Assembly (NCBI RefSeq): GCF_021028975.2
Contig: NC_059426.1
Location: 70,308,001 to 70,372,000 of the forward strand
Source: Sphaerodactylus townsendi
Taxonomy: Eukaryota
Reading direction: 5' to 3'
DNA: 64,000 bases
The notes under the pieces were generated by a model that ran no database searches, was not told the DNA's origin, and was given only the letters and a program-made list of their open reading frames with translations. Below are positions 1 through 12,184 of the stretch, piece after piece (position 1 is the first letter of the stretch; the number at the start of each line of letters is the position of its first letter). The translations under genes were made by a program, and so were the position numbers.

Positions 1-561
1 TTGTTTGGCATCTGAATCTCCAACCCTCAAAAGTAATGCTGTTTTAGGGTGGGGAGAATCCACCCTAAAACAGCATCGAACACTTTTGTTTTATTAGGGG
101 AGACCCCAGATTCTCCCTTTAAGGTAGATTTTAAAAGAAGAATCTGAGCTCCCTAGTTTAAAACACCATTGAAAGTGATGCTGTTTGGGGGTGGGGATTC
201 CACTGGGAGAAGTGTTTTTGAGGAGATGATGCTGACATGTTTGTTTTGGTAAATGTTTTTGCTGGGGGGTGATTTGTTGAGGAGATTTACATGCTTAATA
301 CCCACTTGCACTGGCTTGGAGCTGTTTCTCAGGGCTAACAACTCTACCTCTATAGGGTTGTTGTGATTAGGAAATTAGGGAAAAGAGTTGGTGGGGAGAG
401 AGCCATGTATGTTTTACTGGGGAGTGGAGAGGCATTTTGTGAGCTGGTACATAAAAATCATTGTTTGGTCATGGTGGGGGAGGGTGGTCACTGATACGCC
501 GGGCCGGAAGGCCAAACTCAGGTTTTGTCCCCGGGCGCCAGTTTGCCTAGGTACGCCCCTG
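1..561 (+). mobile_element. Right end of a non-autonomous hAT-type DNA transposon (same family as 10245-11316)
   Basis: Ends in CCAGTTTGCCTAGGTACGCCCCTG (561), matching the end CCAGTTTGCCTAGATACACCACTG at 11316. Shares the subrepeat CCCAGATTCTCCCTTTAA..AGAATCTG..CTCCCTAGTTTAAA..CCATTGAAAGTGATGCTGTTTG with 10700-11040. Confidence 0.7.
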
Positions 562-569
562 GCAGTGGG

Positions 570-3500
570 TGCATAAGTCTGATCATAACTGTCAAACTTT
601 GTTTGAGAGAAGCCTTGTCAGCGACTAATCTTGCTTTTATATTTACCAAAGTCCCATCGAGACCCTTAGGTTTACGCTACTGTATACTCCATCTTGCACC
701 TATGATCGGCTTTATCAGTAGGTTTATCAACAATGTTAAACACTTTTAAGTTCACCAAGTGATTCAAACCTTCATTGTCCATAGCCTGATTCCATTTTTT
801 TTTCCCTGTTCCTCAGGTGGACATTTCAACATATCATGGGAAACCTTCGTGGTTTCTGTCCCTAATTGGCACACTCTCACTTCCTTTGTACCATAAACCT
901 TTTGGTTGGTGGTATGCCTTTATTTTGCTCCTTTTCTGATCCTGCGTTGGTATAGCCTATTTCTCCAGTTTGCTCAGCCCCTCTCCCTCTCCCTGGCTTC
1001 CTTCCTGATCACTATCACTGTTCTGTTGTTGCTTAAAGGACTCGGAGACAGATGTGTGACCTTTGCAGACAGGGAGTGGGGTTGTGTGCTGTCACTAGGT
1101 ACTGTGTCATGGCTTACTGAGTGAGTAAGAACACTTCATGAGTTTTTGATGCACATGTTCCCCAACCTGTATGCTTTTTCAAAGTTGGCACTATGCGTTG
1201 AGATAGCAATTCTTCCATGACCCAATGAAAATCTATAGCCTTTGGTATGGCTCTGCGCATATCCTACAAAAAACGTAGTCTCTGCCATGTTTCTTTTGTC
1301 CTTTTTTCCGTTAAGCTGTCTGGGAATGAGGGACGTTAGCAAAACTTTCCCAAATATTCTAAGGTTGTTTCAGGGAAGGCCTTTTTGCCAAACATTCTGA
1401 AATATGTTATGACATTGATACTTGAAAGACACAAACTGTTTATTACATGGGTGGCAGCTAAGACAGCCTCTCCCAAGAAATGAAATGGAACCTTGGAATC
1501 ATTTATCATGCAATCCCGCATTGTTTGAAGAAGAATGCCTAGTCTCCTCTCAGCCACGCCATTTTCAGCGCCCGGGCTGAACGGATTTGTTCTACTGTGG
1601 CTAATACCTTTCTGTGTCAGCCATGTTTGGAATTTGTTCCCCCATGAACTCACACCGCCTCTGTCAGATTGCAGGTACGAAGCCACCTTGTGAGGAACCT
1701 CCGTTCAATCATTGAGACTCCATTCCTTAAACCTTGTAAAGGCTTCATCCTTAGATTTCCAACAGCAAGCAGTAAAGAATATCTGCTATAATCATCAATC
1801 AGCAGAAATATATATACGTGGCACCCCCCCTTCCGGCTTGATTGGAAAGGGACCAGCTAAGTCTGCATGGACTAGTTCAAATGGATGCTTTCCATTTGTC
1901 TGTAGCTCTTTTTTTGGGGATTGGATAGGATTTTTCACCTTAACCCCACTACAGACTGAACAGTCTAGGAATGCTTTGCAAGGCTTCTTTTTACACTCAA
2001 ATCACATACTTTTGCCAACTGCTTGATGGTGGCAAAACTTCTGCATGTCCTGTAGGACTCTGTGAAGATAGTGCACACAATCATCATGCATAGGCTTATT
2101 AGCTAGACTTGAAACATTCATTACATTTTTTCATTTTGCCCTTTAATCAGTCATAACATACATTTTGTCGCAGGAGTGTACTCTTTTGCACACTCTATGT
2201 CATTCTCGCCATACTGTAGCAACCCCTGTCTATCAAATATAGTTTCTTGTACCCTTGTTCAGCTAGAGAAGCTTGGGACGCTCAACAAACAGTAAAAAAA
2301 TCCAGTCCAGGAACACACAACACATTTTTGCAACTTTTTACACCTAGGCATGGTACATGCTTAGTGGCAGTTCCTTGTGGCTAGTAACAGCAGCTGGTGA
2401 TCCATCGGCCAAGCTGAGCATGCTTAACACTTGCCTTGGACTCCTCAGTCAATAGGTGATGAGCATTTACACGACATGCTCTGAGGCAGCAGGCCAGAGT
2501 CCAAGAGCCAGATGGGTTAGTTTCTCTGGACATCCGGTTCCTCAGTAATGCCGTCTAAGTAGTGCTCCTTCTTTCCTCTTCCCCGTTGTCCCTTTTTTTA
2601 GCTGGCTCCCTTCTTCTCCCCTTCTGTGGGCATTCTCGGAGAAGATGATTGAGTAAGAGCCTACCAAGCGGAAACAACGGCCGAACTGCATATGACCTTG
2701 GACAGTTCAGGGAAAGCTGGGTTCTTCTACTTTCTTGCCCTCTGGAAACAGCAGGCTTCTCTCTCTGGCACTGTGGCTTCAAGGCAAAACTCTCTGCTTT
2801 TGTTTCCTGGAGCTCCAAGAAGCCGTGCAGTCCACATAGTCTAGAAGTCAAATCATCTTCCTTTATGCTCTGCATACTATAGACAAAATTGTCCCAGCTG
2901 TCATCTAGGGGAAGATAGGTACAATATAGGCCCTATGCTGTTCAGGGTGAAAGTCATGCCTCTGTCTCTCCAGCTCGACGAATAGTGTAATGCAGCTGTT
3001 GGACATGGTTGGCCATTTTATTTTCACCTCCTTTCAGCTTCAAATTGTATAAACGTCTGGTCAAGATTACACCTTTGGAACCAGCAGGTCTGCGTCTGGT
3101 ACAGGTCCTTCCAACACCTTCCAGGCAGTCAGAAGCCTTCTCAGCAGCCAACCAATGGAGAATAGAATGAGCTGGGAGTTTTCCACAGCCAACATTATGG
3201 ACTTGCTGGCTCTGGCATCTGCCCTGCTGCTGCTGCTGCTGTGCCTGGGTTCCGGTGGGGGTCTCGACTTACAGCCCATAAATCTTCTCATCGTATGTAA
3301 GAGAAGCTCTGCATTTTCACACTCCATGCTGAGTAGTTCCCTGCAGTCAGCCGTTCAAAAGGCAAACTGCGCACATGGTGGATGTCATCGTGTCACACTG
3401 CCTTTCACCGACACTACCGCTAGCTTCAGTGAAGGTTAGGATACTGGGCTCGCCATAACCAAATTGTTGGCCCTGAGTGCACAATGAGGAAGGACTAGGT

Positions 3501-3915
3501 GCCAACTCACCCTTGCTAGAACAGGAGGTAACTGCTTGCAGTATAAGAGAAAAGAAACACTCAGACAGTAAGATTTAGTTCCAACAGGAATACTTTATCT
3601 CTTGTTTCTCAAAGGAACAAAAAATAACAATAACTATCCACTCTCTACTCTGACAACAATCTGAGCCCGAACCTGAAGGTGAAGGAGAGGTACTGAATTG
3701 GGTATGCAGTCTTCTTATATAGTTTTGTCCAGCAAATCATTAGCTAGATGATCTAATCATCCTGGCCTGTGACCTTTACAATTCTGCTGACTGTTACATG
3801 CCAATCACTGCAGACCCAGACAGAGAGGCTCCGACCTTTACAATTCTGCTGACTGTTACATTCCAGTCATTCTAGACCAGCATATGACCACCTTGCAATT
3901 TTCAATATCCTGACA
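570..3915 (-). mobile_element. Ty1/Copia LTR retrotransposon, degraded and truncated within RT
   Basis: Minus-strand order: gag-like ORF pieces (2555-3440), protease-like WLLDSG (~2500), integrase (HPFELVHADLAGP; LQSDRGG; ENGVAERR; EAVLAATHVINS; FFVGY..KGYRF), then RT start (GARW...KARLVA, ~600-720). Integrase before RT is diagnostic of Copia. Confidence 0.85.
3465..3915 (-). repeat. Probable 5' LTR of the Copia element with adjacent primer-binding site
   Basis: The minus strand reads ..CAACA ATTT GGTTATGGCGAGCCCAGT, resembling the copia-type GGTTATGGGCCCAG PBS (internal tRNAiMet). Minus-strand TATATAAG at ~3715 and an internal 29-bp direct repeat (3770/3833). The outer boundary is approximate. 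Confidence 0.6.
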
Positions 3916-3934
3916 ATCACTGCTTACCTTCTTT

Positions 3935-4165
3935 CCTCTTTGCTTCCTGCTATTTAACAAATATTTAATCCATAAGAGAACCCATCCTCTTATCTCATTA
4001 CTGCTAAGCTTACTCAGAAGTCTTTTGCAAGGTACCTTGTCAAAAGCCTTTTGAAAGTCCAAGTATGTAAAATCTACTGGGTCACCATAATCTACATGTT
4101 TGTTCACTTTCTCAAAATACTCCAAAAGGTTGTGAAGCATGACTTTCCTTTGCAGAAGCCATGCA
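3935..4165 (-). mobile_element. CR1 LINE reverse-transcriptase fragment
   Basis: ORF 3856-4140 contains NLLEYFEKVNKHVDYGDPVDFTYLDFQKAFDKVP..RLLSKL..IRG..LLWIK..L.SRKQR, a typical CR1 ORF2 segment. Confidence 0.85.
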
Positions 4166-4169
4166 AAGC

Positions 4170-6640
4170 AGCCATGTTGGTCTGGTTGGAGGTCAGCTAC
4201 ATCATAGAGGGGCCAGGGACCACCAGTAAATTGGCCTCTGCAGAACGCAGAGGCCGTGTGGGGACATAGGGGGAAAGACGGACCTTGAGGTATGAGGGCC
4301 CCAGGCCACAGAGAGCCTTAAAGGTAAATACCTTGAAGGTGACCTGGTATTCAATTGGGAGCCAGTGCAAGCCGTGAAGAACGGGGCAGATATGGTCCCG
4401 CATAGAACCCCCCACAAGTTGCCGCACCACTGCATGCTGGACCAATTTCAGTTTCTGGATCAGCCGCAAGGCCAACTTAGAGCAAGTTACAATAGTCTAG
4501 CCTAGAGGTGACCATGGCATGGATCACTGGGGTTAGGTCAGTCTGGGAGAGATAGTTAGCCAGCCGCCATGCTTGGCACAGATGGTAAAATGCCACCCAA
4601 ACTGTGTGAGCCACCTGGGTCTCCATAGACAGAGACAAATCCATGTGGACCCCCAGGCTTCAGGCAGAGGAAGTCACTGCAAGGGGGGATGCCCTCCAGC
4701 AATGGTGCCTGAAATCCCTCAGCTCCCCCTTCATGACCCACCCAAAGGACCTCCGTCTTTGATGGATTTATTTTTAACCTGCTTAGCATCAACCAACTAG
4801 CTACTGCTTCTAAACAGTGCTGGAGAGCCTCAGGGGCAGAAGCCAGCCTGCCCTCCATCAACAGAATGAGCCCAAAACTCCACACCAGCTGACAGGGGCG
4901 TAACAAGACAGCCCTGGGCAAACTGTAGCCCTAGGCAAAACCTGAGTTGGATGCCCCCCCCCCATGGGCGGCCACTCAATCACGACCAATTTTTTTTGCA
5001 CCAGGACATTGATGCCTGCAGGGGGGGCACTTTTAGACATATCAGCACCAAAATTTCAGCATATCATCAGGAGACTGTCCTTATGCTACTCCCCATGTTT
5101 GGTGAGGTTTGGTTCAAGGGGTCCAAAGTTATGGACTCCCAAAGGGGGTGCCCCATCCCCCATTGTTTCCAATGGGAGCTAATAGGAGATGGGGGCTACA
5201 GTTTTGAGGGTCCATAGCCCCCCTGAACCAAACTGCACGCTTAAACCATCAGGGAAGTATCCTGATGAGACCCTGAAAGTTTTGAGACTGTGCCTTCAGA
5301 AATGTGCCCCCCCAGCCTGCAACCCCCATTGACAGCAATACAGAAAACTCAATGGCTACAGAACAAAGATTATTGGGCAAAATTTCTGGGATGTTTCCTG
5401 AAGGGGGTGCATTTTTTTGGATGTATCAGCACCAAAATGTCAGGGTCATCATCCTGGAAGAACTTGTCACTGATAAGGACCCCCCCCCCCCCCAGGATTT
5501 GAAATTTGCAGTTTGGTTTTAGGGGTCCAAAGTTTATGGACCCTCAAATGGGGTACTCCATCCCACATTCTTTGCACTTCAAGGAGGCGAGGGCTACCGC
5601 TTTTGAAGGTCCATAACTTTTGGACCCCCTGAACCAAACTTCACTAAACAGAGGGGTGCCATCATAGACGGTCTCAGATGATACCCTGAACGATTTTGCC
5701 CCAGTGCTGATCACGTCAAGAATACAGCTTCCCTGCAAGAACATCCTGAGAATTTGCCCAAGAATCTTTGTTCTGCATTGAGTTTACTGCATTGATATCA
5801 ATGGGAGATTACAGGCTGGGGGGGGGCACGATTTACTGAAGGCATGAGTCTCAAAACTGTCAGAAGTCTCATCCAGGGGAACTGCCCTAATGATACCCAG
5901 GTTTTGAGATTGCGAAGTTTAGTTCAGGGGGGCCAAAGTTATGGACCCTCAAACTGTAGCCCCCATCTCCTATTAGCTCCCATTGGAAACAATGGGGGAT
6001 AGGGGCACCCCCTTTGGGAGTCCATAACTTTGGAATCCTTGAACCAAACCTCACCAAACTTGGGGGGTAGCATAAGGACAGTCTCCTGATGATACACTGA
6101 AATTTTGGTGCTGATATGTCTAAAAACTGCGCCCCCTGCAGGCCAAAAATGGAAAACCACTAAAATACCCAAAAACGAACCCAGCATTTTGATGCCCCCC
6201 ACAAGTTGATGCCCTGGGCAGCTGCCCACCTTGCCCAATGGGCATTATGCCAGTGCCAGCTGAGCAAGGGGGCGCATGTAGAGACAGGAGACAGGAGCAC
6301 CTCCTGTGGCACCCTGCATTGAAGCAGGCAGCGCTGGGAGACCCTGTCCCCACACCTCACTTGCTGACTCTGGCCCCTAAGGAATGAGGCGAACCATTGT
6401 AAGGCCATGCCCAGCACCCCTGAGGCGGTGGGTCAAAAGGTCATGTGGTGGGTCAAAAGGTCATGATTGACCATATCAAATGCTGTGGTAAGATCTAAAA
6501 GTCAGATGGTGGGTCAAAAGGTCATGATCGACCATATCAAATGCTCCGGTAAGATCTAATAGTACCAGCAGCACCAATCTGCCTCGGTCAAGCAGGGCAC
6601 GGAGTGTATTTGTGATGGCAGTAAGGAAGCTGGACTGGAA
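4170..6640 (-). mobile_element. L2-clade LINE ORF2 fragment split by a hAT insertion at 4893-6255
   Basis: LVLLDLTGAFDMVDHDLL (~6530), ALQWFASFLRGQSQQV..CRVPQ (~6330), LKINPSKTEVL (~4760) and VLHGLHWLPIEYQVTFK (~4360) are collinear across the insertion. Confidence 0.85.
4893..6255 (+). mobile_element. Non-autonomous hAT DNA transposon with internal inverted (foldback) architecture, full length
   Basis: TIRs CAGGGGCGTAA / TTATGCCAGTG and a perfect 8-bp TSD CCAGCTGA (4885-4892, 6256-6263). A second copy lies at 49010-50307 in the opposite orientation. Confidence 0.9.
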
Positions 6641-6747
6641 GGCTGGAAGACTTATGTGTGTGATAGACATCAAAAGCATAAACATTTACCATAAAAGAGA
6701 GCGAGTGATTAAATCCTTAATTAAAATCCTAAAAACATGTGTTTTTT

Positions 6748-6914
6748 CTCACTTAGACACAGTGTGAAACAGACTTTTCTCTGTGATACACCTCTGAAGA
6801 TGCCAGCCACAGATGCAGGCGAAACATTAGGAACAAAATCCACCAGACCATGGCCACATAGCTCAGAAAACCCACCAGAACTAGTTGAATCCAGCCGTGA
6901 AAGCCTTCGACAAT
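6748..6914 (+). mobile_element. Penelope-like element terminal (pLTR) fragment containing a decayed minimal hammerhead ribozyme
   Basis: 13-bp TSD ACATGTGTTTTTT (6735-6747, 6915-6927), and the insert is absent at the paralogous site (~11890). Core cctCTGAAGAt-gcc..ggc-GAAAcattagg at 6791-6831; ends GTGAAAGCCTTCGACAAT. Confidence 0.75.
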
Positions 6915-6929
6915 ACATGTGTTTTTTTG

Positions 6930-7200
6930 TTTTGCACTTAAGTGAAAGCAAAGTAGGTCCCAGGCAAGCGTCAAAGGGAAAGGCATTCCAAAGGTGACGC
7001 ACCACCACAGATAATGCCCTGTCTCTAGTCACCATTGGCCTAACCTCTGAAGACAGGGACACAGAAAAAAGTAACTGAGGGGTAGATTTTAATTGACAGG
7101 CTGGAAAGTATGGAAGATGTTCCCTCAGTTACCCCAAGCCACTAAGGACCTTAAAGGTAAAAAATAAAGTGCTTTGAATTATGTCCCAAAATAGATGGGT
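6930..7200 (-). mobile_element. Old L2 3' fragment (duplicated at ~11900-12190)
   Basis: Minus-strand DRALSVVVRHLWNAFP resembles the L2 C-terminal motif RAFSVAAPxLWNxLP. Confidence 0.6.
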
Positions 7201-8189
7201 AGTCAGAGCAGACCTTTTCAGCTAACTGTGTTCTCTCTCTCAGAGGAGCAGAATTATTCTAGATTCCTTTGGGGGAAGGAGTGATCCTAATGAATATATG
7301 TCTGTGAGGGGCAATTGTTCAAACGAACTTGGAGACAAAGGAAGTTAATATACAGGTAAACTAGACAACTGACAACTTTTTCAAAGGTGAGTTCAAACGA
7401 GATTTTTTATTCTTCCCTGTCTATATTTTTTTCAACATGATTTTCCCACATGCATAGAGAGAGGATGTAGAAAATCTATAAACTAACATATATCACATAT
7501 GAGGAACACAGCCATGAAACTTGCCACAAAGATATGGTTGGAAGACAAGTTATGTCTCAGTATGGGTACTTATTGTAGAATGTATGGGGACACAACCACA
7601 GATTCTTCATCCATAGAAATTACTTCTTTATAGATAAAGGGTATCTTTCAGGATATCCTTCAGAACTAAATTACCACATTTCTTTGGGCAACCTGAACAT
7701 AAGTGTGTTTGTCTGAAATATATCCAAATATCCAACATAGTGTGAGTTACACCTGATGCATGGTCTGCTCTGTCCACCAGTATTTAGAAAACGTTATCTG
7801 GGCTCCAAATGAATCCAGTTCTGCTTCTTCATTTATCCTAGCATGACCAGGATAGTATGCCAAGAAACATTAAATGTCATCCCAGGAGAAGACTTGGAAG
7901 TGAAAACAGATCTAAAATAAGCTGAGCTGAATGACACCTAAACCATTAAGTGTCTGGGGGCATTTTGCCCTGACTGAATTGCTGAAGCTTGACTTTGCTT
8001 GCTTCTAGCCACCACCAGGCCACTGCAATGGTCCACCCGGAAATTGTTCTGTAAGTTAAATCACCAGACAGACCCTTTCTCCTCTCTTGTCTTATGTGAC
8101 ACATTCATAACTAAGGATTTGGCTGTGTTGCTCAGCACCAAGAGAATCCCCTCTCAGACAGCCGCCAGTTTGTACTCAGAATAATTTTG

Positions 8190-8735
8190 TGGAGCATAAT
8201 GCAGTTGGCCCCAGTAAGGGAGAAAGAAAACACAGAGGTGTAGAAAAGGGAAAAGAAGCACTTTTTAAGACCTCCAGCTTGAACTGTTCTGAGTGTATCA
8301 ATCCACCTGGCTTCTATTTGTAAAAGATGCTTCCTGGTATCTATGACTAAAACCATATATTTGTACAAATCATAGAAATGCATATCGTTCTACAGTGTGC
8401 CCTTTTTCAATGAAGTGCTGTACTAGTAGAGCATCCAGATATCTGATTTTGAGTGATATTCAATAATACTTGTGCATATGCACCTGCTAGACATTTCTAT
8501 ATACAATGATGAACATGGGTATTGAATCACAAAAAGGCAGTTCTTGGACTGGCATGTGGTAAATTCCTTACAAACCCATGTAAAATTAATGGGTGGGTAT
8601 GCAAATTCCATAATATTCATTTAAGGGTCACACAGTGTGCAGTGCCCACAACTGAAATGCCCACTAGTCACTTCCATCATTGCAGGTCTATATGAAAAGT
8701 CCAATTTTACTAATTTTTGTGTAAGGTTACTAGTA
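8190..8735 (-). mobile_element. Penelope-like element (Neptune-type) zinc finger plus GIY-YIG endonuclease remnant
   Basis: GHFSCGHCTLC; CKEFTTCQSKNCLFVIQYPCSSLYIEMSSR..IIEY (GIY-YIG with CPC); LLQIEARWIDTLRTVQAGGL (PLE endonuclease C-terminus). Broken by stops. Confidence 0.75.
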
Positions 8736-8739
8736 TGCC

Positions 8740-9510
8740 TAAATGACACACAGCTAGTCCTTACAATGGTTGGCTGGCCGGACTCAGTCCCTGAGGCTCT
8801 CCAGCGGTGTTTGGAGGCTGTGGCTGGGTGGTTTAGAGCTAGCAGGTTGAAATTGAATCCAGCAAAGATGGAGGTCCTGTGGGTAGGCAACGGTGAGATG
8901 CCAGCTGATTTTGTTTTGTCTGTGCTGGATGGTGAGGCCCTACACCTGACCTTGTTGGTTACCAGTCTGGAGGTGATTCTGGACTCCAGGGTTTCTTTGG
9001 AGACCCAGGTCACCAGAACGGCCCAGACTGCATTCTACCTCTCTGCCAGGCAAGACAGTTGGCACCATATCTCTGCTGTGTTGGATCTAGTCAGTGATCC
9101 ATACAATGGTCACTTCTAGGTTAGATTATTGTAGCTCGCTTTATACTGGCCTGCCCTTGAACCTAATCCTGAAATTAAAACTTGTGCAGCATGCGACTGC
9201 AAGGTTCCTGGTAGGAGCCTCAGGCAGGGACCATATTACATTGGTCCTTTTCTATCTACATTGGTTGCCCATCGAGTACCAGGTTATCTTCAAGGTTTTG
9301 GTCCTAACCTTTAAAGTCTTGAGCAGTCCTGGACCTGTGTACCTTGGGGACCGCCTCTCCCCATATTGCCCAAGCAGGCCCCTCTGCTCCTCGGATGGGA
9401 ATCTTCTGGTAGTCCCTGGCCCAAAAACCATCCAGCTGGCCTTGACCCTGAGCCCTTCGGGGATAGGGCGGGGTATAAATCTAAGTAATAAATAGATAAA
9501 TAAATAAAGC
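8740..9510 (+). mobile_element. L2-clade LINE 3' fragment with tail
   Basis: LKLNPAKMEVL; VTSRLDYCSSLYTGLP; LHWLPIEYQVIFKVLVLTFK. Ends with CCCTGAGCCCTTCGGGGATAGGGCGG..(TAAA)n. Absent from duplication copy B. Confidence 0.85.
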
Positions 9511-10196
9511 CTATGTGAGAGCATGAAGCACAACCAGAAATATCCTCAATAATGTGCCAGTTTTTTAAGATCAATTTTTTTTATTTTGCTAGCCATGGAA
9601 GTGAAATTAAAAGCACAAGTAATTTCTAGGCCCGATTCTTAGATTTAGGTGTTAAGAAATCTTGTGAATCCTTTTCTTGAACTCTGTCTCATGCTTTATC
9701 TACAGTATATTCAGGTGCATAAGCTGGTGAATAAGCATTTTCCTTTCCCTTTCAAAATGTTGAGGTTCTGAGGAGTTTTTCCTAATTCTTAAAATTAAGA
9801 GAAAGGACTTGCAATGAAGTGCAGTATTTTTATCTGTTATTGCTCACCTAATCTATCTTATAATGTTCTTTAGTTTTTAAAAAGGATATCTCTCTCTCAC
9901 TCAAAAGTATAGTTATTGATCCCAAGAATTCTTTAGTTTTGCAGGAATTCATGAAAAGATTGAATGAAGATTATTCTCTCATGAAAATCAAGAAGATGAC
10001 TATTTTATTTCATTTACAAGGCATAAACAAGATTCTTGAATGGTGCCCAGCAGAATTTATCACCCCAAAATATGACCACATCATACCTAATTATCAAGAA
10101 GAGCATATGCCCACTTTTTGTATTTTCAGGGTCTTAAGTAAATTGCCTTGCTAATAAAATCATGCCTTCATCAACTAGATAATTGAAATTGAATAA

Positions 10197-10250
10197 ATGG
10201 CAGATGCCAATCACACCAAGACCACCGTCAAGGACTTCATTCTCTCCTGA
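10197..10250 (+). pseudogene. 5' stub of a duplicated olfactory receptor ([17 protein letters not shown])
   Basis: Nearly identical to the first 49 nt of the CDS at 14528, then fused directly to internal hAT-element sequence that supplies a TGA. Confidence 0.9.
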
Positions 10251-11426
10251 TGCTATCACCCACATTTGGTTCAGGGAGTCCAAAGTTATGGAGTCCCAAA
10301 CGGGGTGCCCCATCCCCCATTGTTTCCAATGGGAGCTAATAGGAGATGGTCGATAACTTTGGACCCCCTGAACCAAACTTCACCAAACCTGGGAGGTATC
10401 ACCAGGAGAGTCTCTTACTGACACCACCAAGGTTTTATGAAGTTTTGTCCAGGGGGACCAAAGCTATGGACTCCCAAAGGGGGTGCCCCCATCGCACATT
10501 GTTTCCAATGGAAGCTAATAGAAGATGGGGGCTACACCTTTCAGGGTCCATAACTTTGGACCCCCTGAACCAAACTTCACCAAACCTGGGTGGTATCATT
10601 AGGAGAGTCTCCTAAATATACCCTGAAAGTTTGGTGCTGCTAGCTTAACAATTGCACCCCTGACAGCAGGCACCCCCCCAAATTTCCCCAGATTTTCCTT
10701 TTAAATCCCCCCTTTTGGCATGGGTTTAAAGGGAGAATCTGAGGTCCCCAGTTTAAACATTGAAAGGGATGCTGTTTCGTGGTGGGGGAGAATCAACCCC
10801 CAAATAGCATCACTTTCAATGTTGTTTAAACTGGGAACCCCAGATTCTCCCTTTAATGTGGATTTAAAAGGAGAATCTGGGCTCCCTAGTTTAAACACCA
10901 TTGAAAACGATGCTGTTTGGGGGTGGATTCCATCATCACTTGGTTAAGCTAGGGAGGCCAGATTCTCCTTTTAAATCCACCTCAAAGGGAGAACCTGGTG
11001 ATTCCCAGTTTAAATAACATTGAAAGTGATGCTGTTTCCCCCAGTTGGGGGGGGGGGGACTGGATACAACACCATAAAATGTTTTCATAGCAGTAATAAA
11101 ACATTTTGAAAGCATTTTGAAAATGTTTTCCCAAAAAATTATTTCTGCTGTGTGGCATGGCCTATTGCTGTGCTCAGATTTGTGAGTTGGGGGATGTTCT
11201 ATAATGTGATGGTGACTTTGAAATGACCTAGTATAAAAAAATCATTGCTTGGTCATGGTTGGGAAGGGCACCAATGAGGGGTGGCGCCAAACTCCAGTTT
11301 GCCTAGATACACCACTGAGCGTAGCTACAAGGGGGACGGGGTGTGTGCATTGCATCGGGCATGCGCCTGGGGGGGCATCAAACCCAGTTTTTGCCCAGGG
11401 CTCCAGTTTGCCTAGTTACACCACTG
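10245..11426 (+). mobile_element. hAT-type non-autonomous element lacking its left end (10245-11316), followed by a ~110-bp related MITE (11317-11426)
   Basis: Has the same subrepeats as 4893-6255 (CCCCATTGTTTCCAATGGGAGCTAATAGGAGATGG; TTTGGTTCAGGG..CCAAAGTTATGGA). Two successive right ends TACACCACTG at 11316 and 11426. Confidence 0.75.
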
Positions 11427-12184
11427 CTCCCCACCAATCCAGACATGCCCCAAAGGAGAAGAACACAATGCCAACTATGAGTGCAACCAATCACCTCCCT
11501 GCCTTATATCAGCCAAACCCCTCCTTAAGCACCCAGTTGAGTTCACCCCAGCCCTACACAAAATCTATCCAAAACATCCCAGAATTCAGTAGGTAGGCTG
11601 GGCAGCATGGGACTCTTTCTTAGAGAGAGCCATATGGTACTTTCGTGGCAGGAAAAGCCCTTAACACTAATACCCAAGGGGGAGAGCAAAGACCATATGT
11701 ATTTCCATACTTGTTCACATTCAGTGTTGCCTCTGGCATCTTGCCTTGCTACTTCCTCCACCTGCCATCCTTGTCATCCTGTTTCCCAATTTAGGGGCCC
11801 TCTGACAACTCCCTTGGCAGACATTCCTGGATGGCCATCTTGTTGAGTGTTAAAGCCTAAAATAAACCCTTAATTAAAATCTTGGTAAAAATATGTGTTT
11901 TAGCTTGGCACCTAAATGAAAGCAAAGTAGGTGCTAAGGAAGTGTGAAGGTTAAAGGCATTCCAACTACAGATTGATACCTTGTTTCTAGTCAACACTCA
12001 CCTTATCTTTGAAGACAGGGGCAGAGAAAACAGAGATTGAGAGGTATGTTTTAAATGGCAGACTGAACCATATGAGAGGAGATGTTCCTTCAGATACCCT
12101 GATCCCAAGCCTCTAAGGGCCTTAAAGACTAAAACAAAACTTTGAATTATGTCCCAAAACAGATGAGTAATCAGAGCAGATCCT

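Larger units (their letters stand above)
6711..10245 (+). repeat. Tandem segmental duplication, copy A (paralogous to 11861-14576)
   Basis: Blocks align by eye: 6915-7650 with 11890-12630, 7740-7790 with 14070-14120, and 9890-10245 with 14210-14576 including the first 16 OR codons. Confidence 0.9.

Noticed and set aside
4951-6238. Recurrent similar ORFs (also at 10134-10947 and 49061-50249) suggesting a small gene family
   Set aside because: They are chance frames in repeated non-coding transposon modules, on both strands and with inconsistent frames.
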